40,969 nucleotides of DNA from a virus (taxonomy: Duplodnaviria > Caudoviricetes): positions 1 to 40,969 of IMG/VR virus record IMGVR_UViG_3300005512_003810. One strand, 5' to 3'. The notes under the pieces are model-generated. The model ran no database searches. It saw nothing but the letters and a program-made list of their open reading frames with translations, and was not told where the DNA came from. A program made the translations under genes and the position numbers. Numbering within the stretch: the first letter of the stretch is position 1; the number at the start of each line of letters is the position of its first letter. Shown here piece by piece: positions 9,570 to 17,722 of this stretch.

Positions 9570-10101
9570 AAGTTCCTTTGTATTGCCAACATGACTCGTT
9601 CTTGGGGTCACACACTGCTACTTTACCGTCATGCATTTTCCATTCCGTGTTTGTTTTTTCGCCTAGTTCTACAAAAAGTCTTTTCATAAATCCTGGATTC
9701 CTACATCTGCTGATGAACACTTTATTATAACCTGCCTTCGTGGCAAATGTCAACTGGTGTTTTACCGTGGCTACCAAGTGTGGACGGGCTATCAGTCTAC
9801 CATTCATCCTCAATCTTGGGTGTTCCCAATACCTATTCAGGATCCTCGCTTCATCCGGCTCATAGTATTCGGGCCTGTGCCACACAGAACTGAATCCCAA
9901 TACCTCGCCTTCCTTTAAAAGCACAGTTATGCAGTCAAAAGCAAACCAATCTATATTCTCATAGTTGCTGGCAATTTGCTCAGATCCGAAGTCTATCTGT
10001 TTTAATTGTTTTAAAATGTCTGTGCGATCACCGGGATCGAATGTGAGTACGTCACATTCACTGTTCTTGTTAGCAAAATTTTTATCTCCAGGCGTGAACA
10101 T
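9553..10101 (-). CDS. GNAT-like acyltransferase
   Basis: VLLKEGEVLGFSSV...ARILNRYWEHPRLR...QLTFATKAGYNKVFISR resembles the GNAT motif A/B arrangement; start moved to ATG 10101 (MFTPGD). Confidence 0.5.
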   Translation of the reverse strand: MFTPGDKNFANKNSECDVLTFDPGDRTDILKQLKQIDFGSEQIASNYENIDWFAFDCITVLLKEGEVLGFSSVWHRPEYYEPDEARILNRYWEHPRLRMNGRLIARPHLVATVKHQLTFATKAGYNKVFISRCRNPGFMKRLFVELGEKTNTEWKMHDGKVAVCDPKNESCWQYKGTYEIKD

Positions 10102-10657
10102 CGTTCCAGAATTCCTTTTTCTTTTTACCATGCACCAGAAGATGCACACGTTCTTGATCTGAATTGTTCTCAACATAGTGCTCGTAGTGTATGTTTAACA
10201 CCAACGGCATTCCGGGCCTGTAGTCCACTTGCTTGTTGTTCAGCACAAATCTGTTGCCCTCTGGATAACTGAGACAGATATTCAAGGGTTCCAACCAGTT
10301 ACGATCCGGCACATCCACGTGTCGGGTGATGTAGCCCTTTGGTTTTATCACCAAGAACCTTATGTCATCTATCCTAGCGTATGGAAGACTTTTAACCCAT
10401 TCTATGGTTCTCGGACACTGCTCGCCAACATCGGTTATGTTGGGTCTCTGCTTACGCCTGTCATACTCCCAGTGACTATTAGTCTTGTCAGAATCGAATC
10501 CGTACAGAGTAACGGCATACCAGTCCTTGTGTCCATCTTCCGGCCTGTGTGTCACGAGCCTGTCTTTGACACGTTCGTACTCCGTGAGCAACTGTTTCAC
10601 GGGCACGTCAAAGTTCATCTCCACATATTCCACACTGCTGTCTCTGTTAAACTCCAT
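10082..10657 (-). CDS. Aspartyl/asparaginyl beta-hydroxylase-family dioxygenase
   Basis: WYAVTLYG...CPRT...IRFLVIKPKGYITRHVD...LNIHYEHYVENNSDQERVHLLVHG; SD AGGAG; clearly paralogous to 5252..5905. Confidence 0.82.
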   Translation of the reverse strand: MEFNRDSSVEYVEMNFDVPVKQLLTEYERVKDRLVTHRPEDGHKDWYAVTLYGFDSDKTNSHWEYDRRKQRPNITDVGEQCPRTIEWVKSLPYARIDDIRFLVIKPKGYITRHVDVPDRNWLEPLNICLSYPEGNRFVLNNKQVDYRPGMPLVLNIHYEHYVENNSDQERVHLLVHGKKKKEFWNDVHAWR

Positions 10658-11201
10658 GGTGCTCCTTGTGATTGCCCTCGAACGGTGCTATAAAGTTTAT
10701 AAAGAAATTGTTTTTTGGTCCATTGGCGTTGTGTCCGAAAAGGTTTAACACCCCAAACCCCAGATACGAAATCACCATGAGCATGGTGTTCACGATCAAT
10801 GCGTCAACTCCAAACATCAGAAATGTGATGCCCCAATGGTATAATAGTATATACTTGCCGTACCTGTGGAAGAACATCACCCTGGGATTTTGGATTAGAT
10901 CCTTCATGTACTTCCTGGGTATGTTGTTCACACGCCACAGGCTGAAAAGTATCACGTACCAGGGATGGTTCCGCGGACTGTGTGGATCCTGGTCAGTGTC
11001 TGCGTGTGCGTGATGCATCCTGTGTACCGCTGACCATGTCAGCGCACTCCTGCCACCGCAAAGCAGACCAAGATACAACATGACGGTCTCTACCACAGCG
11101 TTCGTATTGTACTGTCTGTGAGCGAAATATCTATGATACCCCCATGTGATGCCTATCGCGGCCGCTATCCAGTAAATGATGTATCCGTAAAAAACTATCA
11201 T
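10647..11201 (-). CDS. Membrane fatty-acid desaturase (delta-9/DesC-like), minimal 184 aa
   Basis: Three His boxes: GITWGYHRYFAH, WSAVHRMHHAHADTDQDPHSP, EGNHKEHH; hydrophobic segments present. Confidence 0.88.
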   Translation of the reverse strand: MIVFYGYIIYWIAAAIGITWGYHRYFAHRQYNTNAVVETVMLYLGLLCGGRSALTWSAVHRMHHAHADTDQDPHSPRNHPWYVILFSLWRVNNIPRKYMKDLIQNPRVMFFHRYGKYILLYHWGITFLMFGVDALIVNTMLMVISYLGFGVLNLFGHNANGPKNNFFINFIAPFEGNHKEHHGV

Positions 11202-12373
11202 GCTAAACTTTCAATTACACGGTCTCCCCAAATTTTCCTCCAGTCCATGTTTCTAAATTTCGACAACTTGTCTAGGTACTCCACAGTTTTCCCTTTTAGT
11301 TTGACATCTGGTTCTTTCTTTAATTCATTAAAAAATAATTTATCATGAGTATTCAAATGTTCGTAATGCTCTATAAGTTCTTTTTTAACTCCATTTTTGA
11401 AATTTTTTACTGACAATATTGCTGGTCCTAATACGTAAGAGTTAGATGACACACCTAACCGGAATGTGTCTTGATAGTATTTGTAGATGTGATCGAGGTC
11501 AAACACATTCAGTAAAGACACGCTACATTGAATTCTATGAATATGTTTATTGTATGTCATTAGGTTGTTTTCGAATTCGTCAACATCAATAGGATACCGC
11601 TGGAAAGACAACTTTGCCCCCACGTTGTCACAAGAAACATTAAGTTTGGCAGTCTTGTATCTTGCTACGAGATCAGTGAAGTCGTATTCTTTGTATTGCA
11701 GTTTCGTTAGATTTGTGTCAAATACCAAACTGATGTTTTTGGCGTGTTCTTTTGGTATGTCCTTCATGAGAAATTCCCAGACCTTAGGCATCTGCAGAGG
11801 TTCTCCCCCTGTGATCAAAAAACTGTCTATCAGATGTACATTTTCTATTATAGACTTTTTAAAACGTTGATAAGAATTATAGTTGAGATTTTCATAATAG
11901 AATTCCCTATAACCGGAGGTAACATATGCCTCGGTGTCGCTGTCCTTCAGTTCTCTAGCTCTCGTTGTTGAATTCCAAGGATTGCACATGACACAACTTA
12001 GATTGCAGTAGTTTCCAAAATGCCTCAATTTGAAGTCAATTCTTCCCACTTGGGTAGGAAAATAACCCTTGCCGTTTTCGTATTGTTCCAAATATCTAGT
12101 CCTCGAAGAGTACCCATACATGTCTTCCTCTTTGTAACACCTCGAGCACTGTTTAATTTTGACGCCATTCAGCACCTTGTTACGTAGATCGTCCATTTCA
12201 CTCGACAAGAAAAATTCAAACGGAGTGTGAGTCGACTGTTTGTACTTCTGATCTAGTTCACACCCATTGTTGGCATAGCAACATAGATTATAGACATCGG
12301 AATTGTTGCTTGAATAAATGGTATCGAACATCACAGGACAATATGTCTTGTTATCAGGTTTATCTAAATTCAT
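11198..12373 (-). CDS. Radical SAM protein with N-terminal SPASM/twitch-like Cys-rich domain
   Basis: CNLSCVMC (CxxxCxxC), ITGGEPL, DTNLT; N-terminal YCP...LCC...CSRC auxiliary cluster motif. Confidence 0.88.
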   Translation of the reverse strand: MNLDKPDNKTYCPVMFDTIYSSNNSDVYNLCCYANNGCELDQKYKQSTHTPFEFFLSSEMDDLRNKVLNGVKIKQCSRCYKEEDMYGYSSRTRYLEQYENGKGYFPTQVGRIDFKLRHFGNYCNLSCVMCNPWNSTTRARELKDSDTEAYVTSGYREFYYENLNYNSYQRFKKSIIENVHLIDSFLITGGEPLQMPKVWEFLMKDIPKEHAKNISLVFDTNLTKLQYKEYDFTDLVARYKTAKLNVSCDNVGAKLSFQRYPIDVDEFENNLMTYNKHIHRIQCSVSLLNVFDLDHIYKYYQDTFRLGVSSNSYVLGPAILSVKNFKNGVKKELIEHYEHLNTHDKLFFNELKKEPDVKLKGKTVEYLDKLSKFRNMDWRKIWGDRVIESLA

Positions 12374-13070
12374 CTATGTCCTCCCAATCATGTGGTTTGT
12401 TTGTAGCATGTGTGAAATGCACCATCTTGATGTCTGGATGGAACTCACCGCCCAAGTAAACATAGTCGTTGCCAGATACCTTGTGGTATAACTGACTGGT
12501 CTTGACCTTCCATTTATTTAAATCGAAATTTTTCACCCCGATGTCCTCTTTGGCACACCACCTACACACCCAACTGTCTGGCACGGTAACTAGTTCCAGT
12601 TCCTCATTGACGTTGTCCTCAACAAAGTACTGCTCACCATTGACAGGGCCTCTCGCGATACCCCTCTTGATGTAATAGCTCTGCCAGAAATCTGGATCTG
12701 ACATGAACTTGTCATAGATGTACCTACAGTCCTTGGGATAGTACTTGAAGAATCCGCCATTGATCTTGTAACGCTTCTTTTCTGTGTCTCTCCACCATCC
12801 CGGTATGGACACGAACTGGCCTTTCTTGATGGGATATTCGAAAAGTTCCTTGTAGTCGTTGACCAACAACACATCGATGTCCATCACACAGATCGGTTCA
12901 TCGAGGTCCAACCCCATTCCGTACATCTTGTTCCATTGTAATAATACACCTTCCCTGATCGGTTCGCGTACCCACACGAATTCATACTCGGGCAACTTCT
13001 CCTCGAGATATTTCTCATACTCTGGACCGTACCTGTCACCTATGCGTACTGCTATTATCTTCATCGCCAT
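12360..13070 (-). CDS. GT-A fold glycosyltransferase-like protein
   Basis: IIAVRIGDRYGPEY, QWNKM, ICVMDIDVLL (DxD), INGGF, GEQYF, IKMVHFT...KPH, resembling GT8-like proteins. Confidence 0.75.
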   Translation of the reverse strand: MAMKIIAVRIGDRYGPEYEKYLEEKLPEYEFVWVREPIREGVLLQWNKMYGMGLDLDEPICVMDIDVLLVNDYKELFEYPIKKGQFVSIPGWWRDTEKKRYKINGGFFKYYPKDCRYIYDKFMSDPDFWQSYYIKRGIARGPVNGEQYFVEDNVNEELELVTVPDSWVCRWCAKEDIGVKNFDLNKWKVKTSQLYHKVSGNDYVYLGGEFHPDIKMVHFTHATNKPHDWEDIDEFR

Positions 13071-13786
13071 TTTATGACCTCATCTAATGTTGGTTTCACT
13101 ACCCAGCTCTTGTGATTGAATCTGTTGTAGTCCCCGTATCCCATGCCCATGACAAATGCCAGACCAGGCTTCAGCGTAATATCGTTGTGAATCGCGGGCT
13201 CATAGAAATAACATTTACAGAAAGAGACGTCTAATCCTTTTTCAACGGCCAACATCGTGGTGACCATCGCGTTCATGCCCGCCTGTTGATTGAATTGATC
13301 CTTGTGGATTTTTTCAACCTTGTCAAAAGTCTGTTGCAGTTTTCCAGTATCCCAGTACCTACCTCGCTTCTGTGATTCTCTCATCTTCTGTGTCGCTGGA
13401 TAATACGCCAGGAGATAGGGAGCCGTGACCTGATTATTGAAATGCCAACTGTCGTCTTTGATGTACTGCTTGGTCTTGTCTCCGTAATGGTAAGATAACC
13501 AGTCGTCATATCTTGTTTCTAACTCCTTAGCAATCTCAGGCGTCATGTTACTCCAGCGATTATGATCATTCTTGTGCTTGCCACAGACCGTGCTCATGGC
13601 CAGTTTCTTTTTTTGTGCACTGTGTTCAGGACCATACACGTCTATCTCGTAGTGCCAGAAATTGTTCTTGTGTGGTGTCAGATCTTTTGCTTTTTCCAGT
13701 ATTTCCTTAATCAATTGTAGATCTGGTATTTTGTCTTGCTTGAAGAAAGATATATTTCTCCTTTTCTTGAGTAGTTCTTCAATCAT
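13061..13786 (-). CDS. Nitroreductase-family (FMN-binding) protein
   Basis: LLKKRRNISFF...IPD...ILE...TP, APYLL, AVEKGLDVSFC, MGMGY match the nitroreductase fold pattern. Confidence 0.75.
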   Translation of the reverse strand: MIEELLKKRRNISFFKQDKIPDLQLIKEILEKAKDLTPHKNNFWHYEIDVYGPEHSAQKKKLAMSTVCGKHKNDHNRWSNMTPEIAKELETRYDDWLSYHYGDKTKQYIKDDSWHFNNQVTAPYLLAYYPATQKMRESQKRGRYWDTGKLQQTFDKVEKIHKDQFNQQAGMNAMVTTMLAVEKGLDVSFCKCYFYEPAIHNDITLKPGLAFVMGMGYGDYNRFNHKSWVVKPTLDEVIKWR

Positions 13787-14439
13787 GCCTTTGTTCCTAT
13801 AATCATGAATCTTTTGTATTTCATAAAGTCTTTTTCGTAAAACTTTATGTTTCTTAATTTACCCACATACTGATTAGCAAAGTTTTCCATCGTGTCCACA
13901 CAGTTCACGTGTTGTCCAATTTCTCTATAGTTGTTGCTCTGTAGTACAACCAGTGTGTGTTCTTGTAATTTACTTATTGTGTCATAAATTGTGTTTTGGT
14001 CTAGGTGTTCACACGAGGTACATATTACTATAGGACTATTCAATTCTATGATGTCTTTAATGTCTTGTTCAATGAATTTCACATATGCTAGTTGTCCTTT
14101 GTGTAGATTTTCTGAATCTATTTTTTTCCAAAGGTGTTTTGCTACTACTTTTGCTTTGGGGTCAAAATCAATGCAGTCTATATTACCTATCTTTTTCAAT
14201 TGGAACTTTTCAAGCATTCTATATGCTAGTAAGCCATACCAACTCCCTAATATCGACACGTCAATTTTCTTGTCCAGTGTCTTTTGCCTGTAGTGATGTG
14301 GATACTCGTTTAGTTTTTCAATCAGCCAATCTTTACTAGCATATTGATTCACACTCAAACTATCCAACACGTCTAATATTCTGTCTGGATAGTTGTCTAT
14401 CAATGTTTTGATTGTGTTTAAAGTGTCCCTATCAAACAT
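13783..14439 (-). CDS. Class I SAM-dependent methyltransferase (phage type)
   Basis: VSILGSWYG, IDCIDFDP, VICTSCEH, VVLQSNNY...HVNC, RFMIIG. Confidence 0.72.
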   Translation of the reverse strand: MFDRDTLNTIKTLIDNYPDRILDVLDSLSVNQYASKDWLIEKLNEYPHHYRQKTLDKKIDVSILGSWYGLLAYRMLEKFQLKKIGNIDCIDFDPKAKVVAKHLWKKIDSENLHKGQLAYVKFIEQDIKDIIELNSPIVICTSCEHLDQNTIYDTISKLQEHTLVVLQSNNYREIGQHVNCVDTMENFANQYVGKLRNIKFYEKDFMKYKRFMIIGTKA

Positions 14440-15007
14440 ATTTTTGATTGTGCAACAGTATTGTATTGTGTTTCACACCCTCCTGCCAACTTGATATAGC
14501 ATCGCCTACAAAATATTTGTATTTGATTTCTTCGTTGTATATAAATCTATCAATGCCCGAATACAATCTCACATACAGATCCCTGTGTTTCATAAACTTT
14601 TCAAAAACCTTCCTTTCGTCGGTCCAACGCATAATGGATGAATTAACCAAAGTGTTTTGCGTAATTCTAAATTTCAAAGGCTCTTTCAAGGACTGTTGTT
14701 TCCAAGGACTACTATTCACCAGCGTCAAACGATCGAACTCGCTGGCAAGGAAATCTATGTTATCATTAATTAGGATATCTAAATCGAAAAACAAGCAATT
14801 GCCTGTGTATTGGAACAGAGATAACTTATGAAAGACTCCGCGCAGTTCGGGGTGCGTGACTGGAATATCATACTCCTTCTCTGGTCTATCTGTGAGACAT
14901 CTAAATGTGTGATCTAATGTGAGATGTTCTGCGACAGAGTTTTTTAACTTTTTATCAAAGTCTCTGGTGTATTTCGTTCCGACGTTAACACAATATACAT
15001 CAATCAT
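14432..15007 (-). CDS. GT-A fold glycosyltransferase-like protein
   Basis: VYCVNVGTKY...FRCLTD...HKLSLF...LFFDLDILI...NSSIMRW...GIDRFI; same family pattern as 12360..13070. ATG at 15007 (TTG at 15010 in the track). Confidence 0.75.
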   Translation of the reverse strand: MIDVYCVNVGTKYTRDFDKKLKNSVAEHLTLDHTFRCLTDRPEKEYDIPVTHPELRGVFHKLSLFQYTGNCLFFDLDILINDNIDFLASEFDRLTLVNSSPWKQQSLKEPLKFRITQNTLVNSSIMRWTDERKVFEKFMKHRDLYVRLYSGIDRFIYNEEIKYKYFVGDAISSWQEGVKHNTILLHNQKYV

Positions 15008-15470
15008 CAAAGTTATTGTAGGCCACCAACAGCTCGAGCGGTGTCTTTGCTGATCTCAGTTGAGATTTCTTTTCCTTGTCGGTAGACCCCTTCACTTTTT
15101 CTGTTTCAAATATTTCCACCTTCGTGGTGAACAACATTTCCTTACACTGTGTGTCATTGGGATCAAATTTCAGTATGCATTCCACAAAATCCTCTATAGA
15201 AATACGTTGCTTTACATCCGTTTTAGATTTAATGCCTTGATCCACTAGGTCGCTCAATTGCTGTGCGTATTTCCTGTTTCTCGCAATGGTGGCTTCTGCA
15301 ATCTTGTCAGTGTTGTACTCTGATATTAGATCCTTGAAGTCTTCGTTGTTATAATCCACAGGCAGATAATGATTTATCGCTCTCTTGCCATCCTCGTATA
15401 TCACTTCTACTGTGTTATTTTCAGAATTTGCGAAATATGCCTCTATTATTTTTCCACTGAATATTGCCAT
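15000..15470 (-). CDS. Hypothetical protein, first gene of the enzyme island
   Basis: 156-aa charged protein with AAGGA SD and a sigma70 promoter upstream; no recognisable catalytic motif. Confidence 0.7.
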   Translation of the reverse strand: MAIFSGKIIEAYFANSENNTVEVIYEDGKRAINHYLPVDYNNEDFKDLISEYNTDKIAEATIARNRKYAQQLSDLVDQGIKSKTDVKQRISIEDFVECILKFDPNDTQCKEMLFTTKVEIFETEKVKGSTDKEKKSQLRSAKTPLELLVAYNNFDD

Positions 15471-15493
15471 TTTTAATCCTTTGTTGCTGTGTT

Positions 15494-15522
15494 ATTGTAG
15501 CAGAACACCGTCAAAAAGTCAA
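15494..15522 (-). promoter_or_regulatory. sigma70-type promoter TTGACT-N17-TACAAT with extended -10 (TGn)
   Basis: Minus strand TTGACT ttttgacggtgttctgc TACAAT aacacagcaacaAAGGAttaaaa ATG. Confidence 0.8.
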
Positions 15523-16455
15523 TTATGATTTCAGTATCTTGAATGTGTATGTGTTGACTGTTGTGGGTGTTCCGTCTGGAAATTCCTGTGCCCTGTAATC
15601 ATTGGCATTCACGAATCTGGTCTGGTAATTTCCACTTCCGCCTGTGAGCTGTGTGTTTACTATGGCTGTTCCTCTTGCTGTTCCACTTCCGTCAATATTA
15701 TAACTTAATTGATAGCCTGTTGAAGAATTGACCACTTGGTTTTTTACATATTCCTGTAGCAGTGCACCAATTTCTGCACCCGAATACTGCTTAAGATTGT
15801 TTGAGCCATCTATGTGTACTGGAGGATTGTATGTAGGCAGTACACCATTGATAATATGTAAGTAATAGTTGGTTATGGTCTGTGGTTGATCTAGTGTTTC
15901 GCCTATACCGTCAGCTGTATACAACGAAGTATCGGCTCTAGTATCACTGAATATCGGTGTTGATGACACCAGTGTCGCTCCTGTGACGGAAGTTGATGTT
16001 GAAATGAAATATGTACCGGCCTGAGCACTTGTAATTGATCCTAATGACAATTGATTTATAATCGGATATATGAACGTATCTAAAAAATCTTGTTCGGTCA
16101 TGGCCTGTGCCTGTGTGCCATTCCAGTATATAGGGAACGTCTTACCAGTGTCTGACGTTGTTATCGGTGCTGATCCAGTTACCTGTGTTATACGTTGGTA
16201 TGATGTTGTGACCACACTAGGTTCTGCTGTAGTAGCCTCTGAGGGGTAGGAACCAGATGATGTGGATGCCGCCCCCGCCTGTAGTCTGGTATCATCTATA
16301 GCTGTTAGATTTCCGCCCGAACCTGACACTGTCAGCGTCCTAGAGGGTGATAAAGAATAGTAATAAGCCCCAAGAGTGTAGATATTGGTTAGATCACTAC
16401 TCTTCATTTCCTGAAGTTGAGCGCCGTTATATATTAATGGTGTTCTTACAGTCAT
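15523..16455 (-). CDS. Ser/Thr-rich virion structural protein with three internal ~100-aa repeats
   Basis: MTVRTPL...YRAQEFPDGTP; composition and position after a fibre gene; three repeats visible (see findings). Confidence 0.65.
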   Translation of the reverse strand: MTVRTPLIYNGAQLQEMKSSDLTNIYTLGAYYYSLSPSRTLTVSGSGGNLTAIDDTRLQAGAASTSSGSYPSEATTAEPSVVTTSYQRITQVTGSAPITTSDTGKTFPIYWNGTQAQAMTEQDFLDTFIYPIINQLSLGSITSAQAGTYFISTSTSVTGATLVSSTPIFSDTRADTSLYTADGIGETLDQPQTITNYYLHIINGVLPTYNPPVHIDGSNNLKQYSGAEIGALLQEYVKNQVVNSSTGYQLSYNIDGSGTARGTAIVNTQLTGGSGNYQTRFVNANDYRAQEFPDGTPTTVNTYTFKILKS

Positions 16456-16465
16456 CTTATTCCTT

Positions 16466-16494
16466 ATTATAGGACATTCCTAAAAATATTTCAA
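16466..16494 (-). promoter_or_regulatory. sigma70-type promoter TTGAAA-N17-TATAAT
   Basis: Minus strand TTGAAA tatttttaggaatgtcc TATAAT aaggaataag ATG(16455). Confidence 0.72.
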
Positions 16495-16501
16495 CCATAA
16501 A

Positions 16502-17719
16502 TTACGCTCCTGCGCCGTATATGGTCTTGAGTACCGCTCCTGTACTACTTAGGATCTGCAATGAAGTCGAAGATGCAAACATTGTTGATGTCACCGTGCC
16601 CGAGTCGCCTGTTGTAACAATCGTACCTGTTACATTTGGTATGGTAATTGTTCTGTCTGCTGTTGGATCGGCAACTGTAAGTGTAGTTTCAAAGGCATCA
16701 TCGGTTGCTCCTTCAAAAATAATTGTGCCTGATGTGGTAATATTAATTCCCGATGTTGTAACAGCACCTGTTAAAGGTCCTGTAAAGGCAGTTGCGTTCA
16801 CTGTTCCTACTACATCTAATTTGGTGCTAGGTGTTACTGTGCCAATACCTATCCTTGATTCGGCTCCATCTATTGTCATAACCGTGGTACTAGTTCCGCC
16901 ATCATTGACTTTGAAAGTCATGTCTGTGTTCTGTGCTGTGTTAGAGAATATGACACCGTTACTGTCAACTGTGATCGAAAGATCGTTGTCCGCACCCACC
17001 GTCAGACCTGAGTCATTTACTATACCTAGTGTGCCTGTGGTTGTGTCGTTGGCATCTGATCTAAGGAACGACGCCGCCGCTATGCCGCCGAGTTTGTCTG
17101 CGTCAGTGGCAGTTCCGTTTAGTTTGATACCCGAAGGTGAAGTCGTAAATGTTATTCCCTTGTACACCGTAGGGAAGCCTGTTATAGCGGTCTGTGGTGT
17201 GAACTCCGTGTCTGAAACTATCGCTATCAGTGTGCCGTCACTGTACCATTTGGTTATGTTCTGGCTGGCTGTGGTAGAATCAGTAACTGCTTCAAACACG
17301 AAACCATTCAATGAACCTGTCGAGGTTGGTGGTCCCACTAACACACTCTGAGATCCGTCGTAATAGAACAGTTGTCCTACATCTGAATCTATCCAAAGGT
17401 CACCTTGTTGTATTCCAGCTGGCTGTGTTGACTGATAGGGAACGTTACCTCCTGCTGGTACAAACAGGTTGCCCGTATACACTTTCAACCTGTTGTTGTC
17501 AGAATCGTAATACAGTTGTCCCTGTACAGGTTTAGTCGGTTCAGTTGGACTCGCGAAATTTTCTAATAGATGCAAGAAGTTTTCTGCTATTAACTCTCCA
17601 TAACCCGCATAACCTTTACCTATGAAACTGAGATCTGTTTGTGTATTGACCACACCGTCCTGTACTATGTACTGGTTTGGTGAAGCGGCGCTGTTTGTCT
17701 TGTTTACTGTGTAGGCCAT
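16502..17719 (-). CDS. Tail fibre/baseplate protein, paralog of 1804..3438
   Basis: MAYTVN...GKGYAGYGExxxENFLHLLENF...QGQLYYD...QGDLWID...GTATDADKLGG...FLRSDANDTTTG; different C-terminus (IIFEGATDDAFETTLTVADPTADRTITIP). Confidence 0.8.
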   Translation of the reverse strand: MAYTVNKTNSAASPNQYIVQDGVVNTQTDLSFIGKGYAGYGELIAENFLHLLENFASPTEPTKPVQGQLYYDSDNNRLKVYTGNLFVPAGGNVPYQSTQPAGIQQGDLWIDSDVGQLFYYDGSQSVLVGPPTSTGSLNGFVFEAVTDSTTASQNITKWYSDGTLIAIVSDTEFTPQTAITGFPTVYKGITFTTSPSGIKLNGTATDADKLGGIAAASFLRSDANDTTTGTLGIVNDSGLTVGADNDLSITVDSNGVIFSNTAQNTDMTFKVNDGGTSTTVMTIDGAESRIGIGTVTPSTKLDVVGTVNATAFTGPLTGAVTTSGINITTSGTIIFEGATDDAFETTLTVADPTADRTITIPNVTGTIVTTGDSGTVTSTMFASSTSLQILSSTGAVLKTIYGAGA

Positions 17720-17722
17720 CTG

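Noticed and set aside
9570-10176. Longest-ORF starts at 10176, 9611 and 8767
   Set aside because: They create long overlaps; downstream ATGs at 10101, 9569 and 8740 fit the short-overlap pattern of the operon (8767 remains possible).
16521-17351. Long + strand ORFs (276 aa here; also 2453..2965, 32399..33001, 35665..36138 and others)
   Set aside because: Antisense shadows of well-supported minus-strand genes; V/P/S-rich translations with no recognisable motifs.
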